Shown in pieces: positions 39,001 to 50,863 of a stretch of DNA of 64,000 bases. Below the pieces are notes generated by a model that had not been told where the DNA came from, did no database searches, and saw only the letters and a list, made by a program, of their open reading frames with translations. The DNA is from Eledone cirrhosa. Taxonomy: Eukaryota. Location: contig OZ024742.1 of the NCBI GenBank assembly GCA_964016885.1, positions 355,570,001 to 355,634,000 on the forward strand. Reading direction: 5' to 3'. Within the stretch, counting starts at the first letter, position 1. Each line of letters starts with the position of its first letter. Both the position numbers and the translations under genes were made by a program.

Positions 39001-40069
39001 AAAGCACCAAAAGATCATATTCCATTACAAAAGATGCACAAAGATACAGTAATGGACTACACATTTCAGAAGTCCCATTTACTGCTGAAATGGAAAACAC
39101 AGAAAAAGCAAAGCAGGTAAAAGTAACTGCAAAGAAAGAACTGCTACAGAAACTGGCTAAGAAATGGCAAGAAAAGCCTCTGTATGGAAAATACCCAGAG
39201 CGAGCTAACAATCCTGATGTTGACAAAACTTTAACCCATCAGTGGTTGGCATCCTCTGGACTGAAATCGGAGACTGAAGGACTGATTATATCCGCACAAG
39301 ATCAGTGTCTGCCAACAAAAAATTACCAAGCCAACATAATAAAAAATGGGTGCAGCCCATTATGCCGTGTATGCAAAAAACAACCAGAGACCATTGACCA
39401 TATAATTTCAATGTGCAGTCCTATAGCTCCAACCAAATACCTAAACAGGCATGACAGAGCTGCACAATACATACATTGGATAATGTGTAAGCATTTTGAC
39501 CTGCCCCATCAAAAGAATTGGTGGGAGCATCAACCACCTCCCATACTTGAAAAAGATCACATCTCAATCTTGTGGAACTTTAGCATCCAAACAGACCGAA
39601 AAATAGATGCAAATAGACCTGATATAATATTGAAGGACTTTCAAAGGAGGGTATGCCTGCTAATTGATATGTCTGTTCCAATAGACAAGAATGTATCTAT
39701 AAAAACATTTGAAAAATTGAGCAAGTATAAGGACCTGGAGATAGAAATTGGAAAAATGTGGAAATTGAGAACTAAAACAATACCAGTGGTTGTAGGCGCT
39801 CTGGGAATGATACCTAAGGGGTCTAACGACTACTTATCGCAAATCCCAGGAAACCCGCGTATAGGAGAAATACAAAAGATAGTACTAATGGGAACTGCCC
39901 ATATACTAAGGAAGATCCTGTCAATATAAGTACATCACAAGTCTAAACACTAAGGATGCATGTGTGAATATGTGTGTTCTTTCTTGAACATGGCGGACCT
40001 TGTTGTCTCTTGAGGTCACTGGTTGTGACTTGGTGATAACTCGTATAAACATAAAGCAAGATAAATGCA

Positions 40070-40127
<58 letters not shown>
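36090..40127 (+). mobile_element. Apparently full-length R4/Dong-clade retrotransposon, family B, with a (TAA)n tail
   Basis: GC-rich 5' UTR, single ORF, ~140-nt 3' UTR, (TAA)n at 40071-40127, and TAA-rich sequence upstream. The 5' boundary is approximate. Confidence 0.93.
36279..39929 (+). CDS. 1216-aa RT plus restriction-like endonuclease polyprotein
   Basis: WKSPGKD, NYRPITCL, EQKGC, GIFQGDSLSPLLF, YMDD, YKYLG, EGGRGL, CRVC...ETIDHIISMC, RHD, NRPD, IDMSVP and K..KY.DL. RT motif A reads WIHYKKAFD. Confidence 0.95.
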   Translation: MSNDEISYRIGRHPGKKGPRPSERNQTGVEKSANGSNLPITSELETSHNRNTPTVGPPCSPPRNPKKKREKWSREDNKEVLEAFYTAMYYPSNTSNTEQTYINWKKKHPENRGYIDSNKLANIRRNIVRKKLLTDIEIDQIKLVAQSQRRENEACVSENEVNCNTSNPRVGAESLATEQIKERSEKVEGVHAQDETPNENNEIVNDKELNENELANLKDEIMIEWMKMKESDMGERDTLPKIQNSKQNQKIIHKTNIILKNIIITNKINITDLNHLYYASAKVTTHLCGVKMKKQRNSHKKSTWQDNINRQINLLRSDIEILTNYKVGEHVKQTKLRKLKKKYSIRSTCDIDMLIETIKQKVSAKAARIRGFEKRSRFYKDNNMFKNNQRNFYRKIGKSTITAKSIPPKEEVQEFWEKIWAEEKVHNIHAPWIDRQMKETAHLEEQTWENITVEQLRLALRKTSKWKSPGKDKIQNFWINAFRESHELLAQLYNEIVKEPEKIPSWLVNGITFLLPKNDETNNPKNYRPITCLTTMYKILTSVLTEYTYDHLITNDLFPIEQKGCKRGSYGCKDQLLVNKMILEDCHNRHKNLSIAWIHYKKAFDSLPHSWIEKCLEIFKISPVVRRFLSFSMRTWRTTLLLNSETKSLEAGEVNINCGIFQGDSLSPLLFCIALTPLSKMLNETKHGYRVYDKTINHLFYMDDLKLFAKNDEQLQGLLSTVKQFSDDIKMEFGLDKCPKATFTRGKLLKSSDINLDRGNVIRELDQEQTYKYLGVCEGDGIKHSTMRERIRKECYRRVRAILRTELNARNRIDAINTLAIPVVTYSYNVINWSSTEIRRLDTKIRKFLTMHRMHHPKADIDRIYLPRKEGGRGLIQLDIVLKTATIGLSTYVRESHDWMIKLVLKHESTKRSYSITKDAQRYSNGLHISEVPFTAEMENTEKAKQVKVTAKKELLQKLAKKWQEKPLYGKYPERANNPDVDKTLTHQWLASSGLKSETEGLIISAQDQCLPTKNYQANIIKNGCSPLCRVCKKQPETIDHIISMCSPIAPTKYLNRHDRAAQYIHWIMCKHFDLPHQKNWWEHQPPPILEKDHISILWNFSIQTDRKIDANRPDIILKDFQRRVCLLIDMSVPIDKNVSIKTFEKLSKYKDLEIEIGKMWKLRTKTIPVVVGALGMIPKGSNDYLSQIPGNPRIGEIQKIVLMGTAHILRKILSI

Positions 40128-40128
<1 letters not shown>

Positions 40129-40547
40129 GGGAAGAAGACACACATGGTGGATAGAAGGTCGAGAAATCACTCCCGTAAGTTTTGATTTTTTAACATATTT
40201 AAATCAATTATGAAATAACAATTCTTAGTACAAATGTTGCATAAAACATCCAGCTTGAGTCCCAACAAATTCGGATCCACAATATATTGTTATATCGCTC
40301 AAATATTCAATTTTATATTATATATTTTATATTAAAAAAAGAAAATGGTTATAAATGGAAGTAAACCCCCTCTGTCTATACTATATAGAAACGCCAAATA
40401 ACAGCAATTTCACCAACATCAGAAACTAGATACCCCATCACCCCTCTGTGTACACTAAATACAACAGCCAGATAACGGCAATTTCACCACCACAACCACC
40501 AATCTCAGCATAATAATAATAATTACTATTACTATTGCTATTGCCTC

Positions 40548-41875
40548 AAGTTTTAGTTTTAACAAAATGTTTAATTCCCATATTAATAGAAATATGTCAA
40601 CACATATACGCGATTAACGATAATTTCACTAAAGATAATTTCACCACCAATACCACCACCACTGCCACGATGAAAACTCTGGTCAAGTCGACTCAAATTT
40701 CTACTTCTATTTCTACTCCAACTTCAACACTATCACTACAGTAATACAACCACATCACCACCACCGCTGCCTCATTATCGCTACCGCCGCTATTCTCTCC
40801 CACTACCTCCTGCTAGTTGCTGCTAGCACAGCACCGCCACCACCACCGCCACCGCTGCCTCAATATCAATATCACTACCGCCGCTATTCTTTCCCGGTAC
40901 ACCCTGCTACATTGTAGAATTCCCACTAAAAGAGGAAAACATAAAAATATATAAATAGACTGAATTGATGACCCGGTCGAAATAAAAAAAATAAAAAATA
41001 AAAATAAAGTTTTAGTTTTAACAAAATGTTTAAAATCCAATATTAAGGATATATGTCAACACATATACGCGACTAATGATAATTTCACTAAATATAATTT
41101 CACCACCAATACCACCACCACTACCACGATGAAAACTCTGATCAAGTCGACTCAAATTTCTACTCCAACTTCAACACCATCACTACAGTAATACGACCAC
41201 ATCACCACCACACTGCCTCATTATCGTTACCGCCGCTACTCTCTCCCACTAACTCCTGCTAGTTGCTGCTGGCACAGCACCGCCACCACCACCGCCACCG
41301 CCGCCGCTGCCTCAATATCACTACCGCCGATATTCTCTCCCACTACCCCCTGCTATATTGTAGAATTCTCACTAAAAGAGGAAAACATCAAAATATATAA
41401 ATAGACTGAATTGATGACCCGGTCGAAATAAAAAAAATAAAAAAATAAAAATAAAGTTTTAGTTTTAACAAAATGTTTAATTCCAATATTAAGGGATTTA
41501 TGTCAACACATATACGCGACTAACGATAATTTCACTAAAGATAATTTCACCACCACTGCCACGTTGAAAATTCTGGTCAAGTCGACTCAAATTTCTACTC
41601 CGTCTTCAACACCATCGCTACAGTAATACAACCACATCGCCACCGCCGCTGCCTCATTATCGCTACCGCCGATATTCTCTCCCACTAACTCCTGCTAGAT
41701 GCTGCTGGCACAGCACCGCCACCACCACCGCCGCCGCTGCCTCAATATCACTACCGCCGATATTCTCTCCCGCTACCCCCTGCTACATTGTAGAATTCTC
41801 ACTAAAAGAGGAAGGCATCAAAATATATAAATATACTAAATTGATGACCCGGTCAAAATTAAAAAAATCAAAAAA
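40548..41875 (+). repeat. Three tandem ~450-bp units with CCA/CCG-rich interiors
   Basis: aagttttagttttaacaaaatgttta at ~40548, ~41007 and ~41454. Confidence 0.92.
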
Positions 41876-42089
41876 AAAAAAATCAAAGCAGCACAGCAAC
41901 AACGAAAAACGTAACGGAAATAAAAATGAAGAGAAAAACAAACGGACGAACAGAGAAGGGAAGGGAAAAACTAAGTCAGAATTCAAACACTACATTACAA
42001 TGAAACTTATGCTTATTCATTTTTGGGTTTTTTTCTGTCTGTTTGTTTGTTTGTTTATTTGGGTTCGTCTACAGCGTGATATTGCCACA

Positions 42090-45000
42090 TAAAATTCACG
42101 TGGAGTGACGAAACCACCGGAAACAAGTAATTCACCTGTGGTTATGTAACCATACGTTCGCCAATCCTCGGTAAGAGTGTTTAAATGTCGAACCTAAACA
42201 GTTTGAATAACGGAGACTAGAATGTAATGTGACAGACTCTCACCCAACAGGTGCTCCCTGGCTCAGCAGCAGGGACCTGGCTGTGAACCAAATACTGTTG
42301 GTGTCGGAGGAAGAAGAAGAAGGAAAGGGGCCAGAACCAACTGGACGAAAGAATTGAATAGAACTGTTATGCAATGTTACCTGAAGAGTAACCCCAAGGA
42401 GAAAGGCTATAGGAAACGGATGCATAACATCTGGAACGAGATTGGTCTATTTAAATTAGATGAACAAAAACTGGCCGGGCAGGCTCGGGTAATAAGAACT
42501 AATGGGTGGATAAGCGAGCTGGAACTGGAGGAACTGAGCAGAGAGATTAGCTTGGAGATGGAGGGTGGAGTATGCCAGGCAAACGAGCATGTGGGAAATG
42601 AAGGTGAAGTTCTCGGGAGAACGGAGGAACCACCCGAAGCAGACAATGATCTGAATGCTGAGATAAATAATACCTGGAACAGAGATACGGCCACTGAGGA
42701 GATGAATGCAGACGGGCTAGGACAAGATTTGGTTGATATCCTAAACTTAGTATTAGATGAATTGAACAATAATAGTGGGAGACGTATGAACCTAAGATTT
42801 GTAGACAGGAAAAAGTTAAAAGAAACAACAGCTAAGATAAACAAAGTCATCCCATACCTTGAGGCAAGGAGCCTTCACCAGTGCAACAATATCCTCAAAG
42901 CAACAGCAAATACGGTGAGGAAACTACTTGTTATAAAAGCGAGAGAAAACAACAGACAAGAGAGGGCAAAGCCTTGGTGGAAGAAACGACTGAGTGCTCA
43001 AATCAGGGAAATGAGAAATGACATTGGAAAGCTTGAGTCCCTACTGAATGGGACATAAAACAACATAGACACTAAAAATAGACTGGAAATAATGTACAAA
43101 ACTAGGAGGAAAAAGCTAAATATTATCATAGAGGAACTGAAGCAACGCATTGTAGCAAAGAGTGCAAAAATCAGGCGATAAGAAAACAGAGTCAGCCAGT
43201 ATAGACAGAACCGCATGTTCGACAACAACCAGAAGATGCTGTTTGGACAGCTTGAAGGGAAAGAAAGAGGCAACGACTTGATCCCTGAGGCGGAACAAAC
43301 TAAAACATTCTGGAGAGGAATATGGGAGCAGGATGTTAAACATAATGATTAGGCAGTGTGGATTGAGACAGTACAGAAGGAGATCAGTGAACAGGCACAC
43401 CAACAAACTGATTTGAATATCACAGTTGAAACTCTTAAGGGGCAGGCCAAAACACTAACCAACTGGAAATCACCTGGCCCAGATGGTGTGCAGGGGTATT
43501 GGATTAAAAACATAACATCCCTCCACCCGAAACTGACAACCATGTTCAATGACTGCTTGATGTCAGGGGAGGTACCAGAGTGGTTGACAAAAGGTACCAC
43601 AGTTCTGATAATGAAAGACCGAATCAAGGGTAATGATGTTACCATCTATAGACCTATCACATGTCAGTCCGTAATGTGGAAACTGTTGACAAGCATTATG
43701 TCTGAGGAAATCTACCATCAGCTCCACACAAACAACTTGTTACCGGACGAACAGAAAGGATGCCGAAAGAAGTCGCGTGGTACAAATGACCAGTTACTTA
43801 TTGATAAGATGGTAATGAGGAATTGCGAGAGGAGACACACTGGTCTTGCCATGGGATGGATAGACTACAAAAAGGCATTTGACATGGTGCCCCAATCTTG
43901 GATCACCAAAAGCCTGGAGATCTTCAAGGTGGCAAATAACATCAGACAGTTGTTGGGCAATAGTATGAAGTCCTGGGAAACAGAGTTAACATCAACTGGA
44001 GAATCCTTGGGGAGCGTGAAGATCAAGAGAGGTATCTTCCTGGGAGATAGTCTGTCCCCTTTGTTGTTTGTCCTTGCCCCGATGCCCCTGACCAGTGTAC
44101 TGCGAAAAGTGAGAGCAGGATACAGGTTGGGAAAGGGAGGGCTTACCACCAATCACCTCCTCTTCATGGACGATCTTAAGCTCTTCGGGAAAAGTGAGAA
44201 GGAGTTGGATGTGCTTGTTGACACTGTCCGTATTTTCAGCAATGATATATGTATGCAATTTGGTATTGGTAAATGTGGAGTCATTGGATGAGGAGGGGTA
44301 AGTCGAGCAGAAGTAACGGAATCCAGATACCAACAGGTGAGATGATGAAGGAAATTGACACTGAGGAAGGATACAAATATTTGGGCGTTCTGGAGGCTGA
44401 TGACATCAAGAACAAAAAAATGAAGGAATTGATAAGAACTGAATACCTTCGGAGAGTAAGGAGCGTATTAAAGTCACGTCTGAACAGTAGGAATGCCATA
44501 GGTGCAGTAAATTCCCGAGCTGTGTCTATTATTAGGTACAGTGCAGGAATTCTGAGATGGAATGTTGCTGAACAAAAAGAAATGGATAGGAAGACTAGGA
44601 AGCTATTGACTATCTATAGTGATGTCGATAGACTCTACTTAAGGAGATCTGAGGGTGGAAGAGGTCTTATCAGCATAGAGGACTGTGTTCAGATGGAGAA
44701 AAACAACCTACACAAATACGTGACTGATAGTAAGGAGCCAATGCACAGAACTGTACTGAAGGAGGGGACAATAGGCCAGGGGATGTCCAAGGAGGATATT
44801 ACATCAAGGAGAAAGAGCAGCTTTCAGGAAAAATCCCTTCATCGTACCTTCTTTGAGAAAACTGAATTTAGAGATCCACAGACATGGAACTGGTTGAAAA
44901 GAGGAGACCTTAAAAAGGCTACAGGAGGAATGTTAATGGCTGCGCAGGAGCAGGCCCTCAAAACGAAGAGGTTGAAACACCACATTTACAAGGAGGAGGC

Positions 45001-45666
45001 TAGCCCACTGTGCAGGATCTGTGGAGACAGAGAGGAGACTGTGGCTCACATTGTATCCGAGTGTAAACACCTAGCCCAGACTCACTATAAGGGCTGGAGA
45101 CATGATGTGATGGGCAGGGTGATCCACTGGCACCTACGCAAAGTAGACAATTTGCCACATTCTGAGAAATCGTATGAGCATAAGCCAGAGGCGGTGATAG
45201 AAAACGATCAGGTGAAGGTGCTGTGGGATTTTAGGATACAGACGGACAAGAAACTGGAACACAATAGACTTGACCTGGTGGTTTTGGACAAGGGAAAAAG
45301 ATCGTGTCTGATTGTGGATGTAGCCTGCCCATTCGACACGAGAGTGCAAGAGAAGGAGAGAGAGAAAATTAACCGATTCCAGGACTTAAAGTGGGAGGTA
45401 AAAAGGATTTGGAACTGCCATGCAGTCAAAGTGATCCCGATTGTCATAGGCGCACTGGGGACTATCTCACAAAGTTTCCAGGGATGGTTAAAGAAAAATG
45501 GCCCCTCCACGCTTTTTGGAACGCTTCAAAAGGCATGCTTGCTGGGAACAGCAAGAACCCTCCGATACGTCCTGAATATCTGAGGCTGCAGGTAGTGGCT
45601 TGATATTCATTTCAACAAACTTTCCAGTTAACTAACATCAATGACTAAGACTCAAAGAGTAATAAC

Positions 45667-45698
<32 letters not shown>
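42090..45698 (+). mobile_element. Dong family A, near full length, with nonsense and frameshift lesions and a (TAA)n tail
   Basis: ORFs 42354-43058, 43356-44291 (FMDD) and 44273-45583 (CRIC..HIVSEC, RLE). The start codon at 42222 is followed by TAA. The TAA tail spans 45660-45698. Confidence 0.93.
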
Positions 45699-45699
<1 letters not shown>

Positions 45700-46046
45700 T
45701 CGACACGAGAGTGCAAGAGAAGGATAGGGAGAAAATTAACCGTAACCAGGACTTAAAGTGAGAGGTAAAAAGGATTTGGAACTGCCATGAAATGTTAGTG
45801 GTCCCGATTGTCATAGGCGCACTAGGTACTATCCCCAAAGAGTTTCCAAAGATGGTTAAATAAAATTGGTCCCGCCCCGCTTTTTGGAACACTTCAAAAG
45901 GTATGCTTGCTGGGAACAGCAAGAACCCTCCGATATGTCCTGAATATCTGAGGCTGCAGGTAGTGGCTTGATATTCATTTCAACAAACTTTCCAGTTAAA
46001 TAACATCAATGACTGAGACTCAAAGAACAATAATAATAATAATAAT
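45699..46046 (+). mobile_element. 5'-truncated Dong family A 3' end inserted in the previous copy's TAA tail
   Basis: Repeats 45332-45660 and ends in TAA repeats. Confidence 0.9.
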
Positions 46047-49000
46047 GATTTAATTTATTGGCCACAAGAGCCGACCTATAGGAGACAATACCAAAGACTG
46101 GGACAGTGGGGTTTTACAGAAAAATCGTGTAAACAATATGAATAAACAAAGTAACAATAACAACGTAACAATAAAGTAACAAGAAAATTACAAGAAAACA
46201 TTCCCCAATAGGGGGATGACCACCTAGGGTTCGCTCAGGTACCCCACCAGTCCTAAACGACCCAACGCCTCGAGAGAACCCTGGAAGGGCACCCCTCTCT
46301 TTTTCAAATTTATCTACCTACAGCCGTATGACCAGAGTAGGCCCACTCACACGGGCCATTCTCGCCACATTCACCCACCTTTCAGCAAATGTTGGGGGGG
46401 GGGAGCATTTCTCTCTCCACCCTCACCTTCCTTTCCAAGTGAAACTTGAAAAAGTTGATGAGGGATTGGCCGAAGAGAACAGTTCCTGTCTTCAGTCCTT
46501 TCAACCTCGTCCACCATACAACCTCTTTGCTACTGCCACCAGACAGAGGAAAATTGCCTGCCCTTCCTGGCGAAAGGAAGGTGGCGGGTCGATCTTCACT
46601 ATCGACTCGGCCGATAGCCGGATCAGTTCTACACGCGACAACAGCTGTTCAACATAACTCCACAAGTCAGTAATGCACGGACACTGGACGAGTGCGTGTA
46701 GAACGGTTTCGTCGACTGCGCGCATCTCGGGCAGGTCCGCCTGACAGCACTTCCGTGCCTGTAGAGTTTATCTGAAACCGGCAGTGCCCCCCGGTAGCAC
46801 TGCCAAACGAAAGATTTTTGTAATTTATCCATCGTCCCCGGCTCGAAAGTCCTCCGGTACAGACTGTTGACTCCCAGAGCCTCACCGAGTGCGTCGTCGC
46901 ACTTGCCCACCACTAATCCTCTATAGAACTCGAGAGTGGAAGTTCCACTGACCGCATTTCCCGCCTGGTAGAGGGCAATGAGTGCCTGGCAACATTCCAG
47001 ATGCGAGTCACCCAATCTCGGTCTCTTGACCCAGGACTGCAGTTCAGTCAAAGAAACGAGCTGCGGAAAGGCCCGTCTGACATACGGCGACCACACCTGT
47101 TCACCGTTTAGGCAGAATATCTGGAGATGACGCAGCCTAAGCGCGTGCCTGCGCATCATTAGCCACGGTATGCCCAGCCCTCTACGTAGAGGGTGCCGGC
47201 AGCAGATGGACCGCCTCCCCAGCGGAACCTGACCCTTCCACAAGAATTTGAAGAGAAGCTGCTCCAAGATGGCGAGGCGCGAACGGGGGCAAGGGACGAC
47301 AGTCAGACGGTAGTAGATGACGGACGCGATGTACGCGTTCGCCACCTCCGCCCGACCTTTCAGTGGTAGCTTCATCCCAGCCCATTTCTGGGTGAGACTG
47401 ACTACCCTGCCCGTCACCTCGTCCCAATTCTTATCCACCTGGAGGTCTGGCCCGAACGAAACCCCTAGCAACTTTACCGGTCCGTCCGTCCAGCGCCTAA
47501 CGATGCTGCTGAACGGCATAGACTTGCCTTTCCAGGTGCCGAGTTGCAAGCCCACTGACTTTTCCGGGTTAAGTTTTGCTCCCGTCAACCTTTCATATTC
47601 CTCCAATAATTTGCCGACCACCTCGATTTTTGAGGTGTACGACACCATCACGGTGATGTCGTCCGCATAAGCCGACACAGCCTTTCCGCGTGCCGGTTCG
47701 AGCGGGATGCACAGCAACACACCAGCTTCCGCAGTAAAGGCTCGAGGGTCAATACGTACAGAAGGGAGGAGAGAAGGCACCCTTGACGGACCGATCGGGA
47801 AACCTGAAACGTTTCCGAGAGGTGGCCATTAATGTTGACAATCGATCAGGTGCCGCTGTGCAATGCCCAGCTTCTGAAGACGGGGCCGAAGCCAGCCGCC
47901 TTGAGGACAGCCTTCAGTAACCGATGGTCGACCCTATCGAATGCTTTCAATTGATCTAAATTGATCAGGGCCCCACCGAGGCCAGGTTTACACCCTACCC
48001 TCTCTATGATGTATCGCATTAGGTGGAGGTTGTTGTGTATGGACCTGGTTGGGATTGCGCAAGTTTGCGCCTCCCCAACCAAATCCCCGACGACAAGCGC
48101 CAACCTCTTCGGTAACACCCTGGCCAAAATCTTAAACTCTGTCGTGAGCAGAATTATGGGCCTGGAATTGTCTAATGTGTCCCTCTTGTTCTCGTCTTTC
48201 CTTATCAGCGTCACTACGCCCCGGCTCACAGAACTGGGAATACTCCCGTTTTGCTGCCAGTTGCAGTCGAGCGCTTCGAGGAGATTGGAGAACAAGTCTG
48301 GTATATTTACGTAAAGCTCGTAGGGCAGACCATCCAAACCGGGTGACTTGCGCCTCATGCAGCCTACAAGGGCATCCTGAATCTCGGCTGAAGTAATTGG
48401 CCCTTCGCAGCGCTCAGCGTCAGCCGTCGAGAGTTGACGCAAGCCATCGAGGTAGGGACTGAAGTCCGCCACAATCTCTGACCCCCCACTTCCCCCGAAC
48501 AACCGAGCAAAATGTTAGCGAAAGGCCTCACAAATCCTCTTGGAATCGCTCAACTCGAGCCCGTCTCGGTCCATCAAAGACCGAATCGTGGTTTTATTAC
48601 CACGCTGCGCCTCTGCCCCGCGGGCCCATCGAACAGCTTTGGTTCCCTCGTTACTCAGAGCTCGCGCCTTAGCTCTGACAATGCAACCTTCGTCTTTCGC
48701 ATTGAAGAAATGGTCTAATGCCATTCTCGCCGCTAGCACATCAGTTGCAATGCCACGACCAATAGCCTCGTCTAACTTATCTACTAACTTCCCCTCCTTT
48801 CAATGTTTCTCTAATGCTAAACCCTATCGACATTACTCTAAACTCTCTTTTGAGAGCCCCCCACCATATATTGCTGACGACTCCCCCTGTCAACTTTTTC
48901 TTAACTAAATTGTTGACCTGGTCCCTGTAAGACTTACGTGCCGGAAATGACATGTTTAGCTTCCAGTAACCAGGTCCTAACCTACGAGTCTTATCTAGGT

Positions 49001-50085
49001 CGACCATACAGATCACAAACCTGTGATCTGAATAGGCGACCATTTCAAAACGTGGACAGCTTACACTATTTCTGTCTATATTCCTAATGAATATCCTGTC
49101 TATATACGATCTAGATGACCCTATGCGGTTAGCCCAGGTCCACACTGGCGCATTAGGGAAATCTAGTACCTGTCAGACAGTTGGAAGTGGCTGATCAGGT
49201 TCTTGAGGCTTTTGCACCCCCCGCTCCTATCGGATACTCCCACGCAGTCCCAGCGTGCGTCTATGATGCCGTTCCAGTCCCCCGCTAACAGTAAAGGGCG
49301 AGACGTAACCAGAAAGCCTCCAGGCGTCTAAAGAATTCCGGCCGTCCTGCCCCAGTAGGAGCATAGACGGCCACCAGTCTAAAGGCACCACGTTCATTAT
49401 TGTTCACGTACAGGACCACCAACTTCCCGTCCGGCTCCCGGAAGATCGACCTTACCTCGAGATCCAGGCCTTTTCTAAACAACGCTGCCACCCCGCCTCC
49501 CATTCCCAGCCGGCTAACAGATGCAAAGATCTGATAGTCGTCGAAAATGGGGGCTAGTGCGCTCGTATCGGAAATCCTGGTCTCGCTGACGGCAATTACA
49601 TCCATTTCTATAGACCTGAGGTCGTTCAGCAGGTGACCTTGCTTCCAGGACGATCCCAGGCCTCGAACATTTAAACATCCTACTCTTAATACGGCCATGT
49701 TGGCAGGTTAAAAAGAGAGAGAGAGGAAGGTTTACTTACCTTCCGTGCTCTTGTGAAGGTCGGGTTGTTCGACCACAATAGTTAGTGGGATTTATTTTGG
49801 GAACCCCTTTAAAAGTCCTGAAGTGGGTTTTACGTTCGGGGTGTTCACTAGTCCCGAGGAAACCTGTCACGTATCTCTTTGAATATGTCGTGCGACATTC
49901 GCATCAGAACCAAATCTTCCTGCACGCGAAATGTGCTCGATTAAAAAATGTCCCCCACTTTTTGTATATTTTCACTTCGTGCTACGAGGGCCATCAGTTC
50001 CTTATTGGCCCTCCTGACGAGCACTAAGATTTGTATGTTTTGTTGGTGTGATTTTATTTGTTTGCGTGGCAGTGGTGGTGATAGT
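46047..50085 (-). mobile_element. Tx1-clade (L1 group) LINE, subfamily 1, 5'-truncated and decayed
   Basis: APE domain (LNVRGL, VSET, VYAPT, SYIDRIF, SDH), RT (KSPGLDGL, KAFDRVDH, AYADD) and C-terminal CPRC..ETVLHALVQC. Confidence 0.9.
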
Positions 50086-50089
50086 TTAT

Positions 50090-50545
50090 AATAATAATTA
50101 TTATTATTATTTCTACTTTTGGCAAAGCCAGCAATTATCCAAGTGCATTACTGGCACTATATATTATTGACACCGTAATGATGAAAGGCAAAGTTAACCT
50201 CGGCGGGATTTGAACTCAGACCGTAAAGGGCCGTAACTCTATGCTGCAAAACATGGCTTCGGACCCTCAACTGAAACTGCCAGTTCGCCGCCCTTACTGC
50301 CAGTTCAATGCCCTTAATAATAATAATAATAATGGTTTCTTATATAGGCACAAGGCCAATAATTTGAGGGTAGGGGAAAGTCGATTAAATCGACCTCAGT
50401 GCGTGACTGGTACTTTATTTTATCGACCCCACAAGGATGAAAGGCAAAGTTAATCTCGGCGGGATTTGAGCTCAGATCATAAAGAGCCGTAACACTATGC
50501 TGCAAAACATGGCGTCCGACCCTCTACCGATACTGCCAATCCAGA
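50090..50545 (-). mobile_element. Two SINE family 1 copies
   Basis: Consensus motifs at 50090-50295 and 50316-50545. Confidence 0.88.
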
Positions 50546-50549
50546 GCCC

Positions 50550-50617
<68 letters not shown>

Positions 50618-50863
50618 TTTCTTTATTAACCACAAGGGTTTACATAAAGTAGACATTAAGGACAGTGCAGGACAATGCAGGACGGTACAAATGGGCATTC
50701 TGCGTGTAAAAAACAAAAACAGAGGATGTAACAAAAAATAACAATGAAAAATTCCCCAATAGGGGGGAGACTTCGGAGGGACAGTTGTGGAGAAAGCCCA
50801 GTAAAAAGCCACAATGACCCTGACCACCAAGGCAGTGCCCTCTCCCAGTTTTCCACCTTTAAT

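Noticed and set aside
42090-42221. HDV-like ribozyme in the Dong family A 5' UTR
   Set aside because: Hairpins are present (aaccac/gtggtt, tgttta/taaaca) but I could not build the P1-P2-P3 pseudoknot order.
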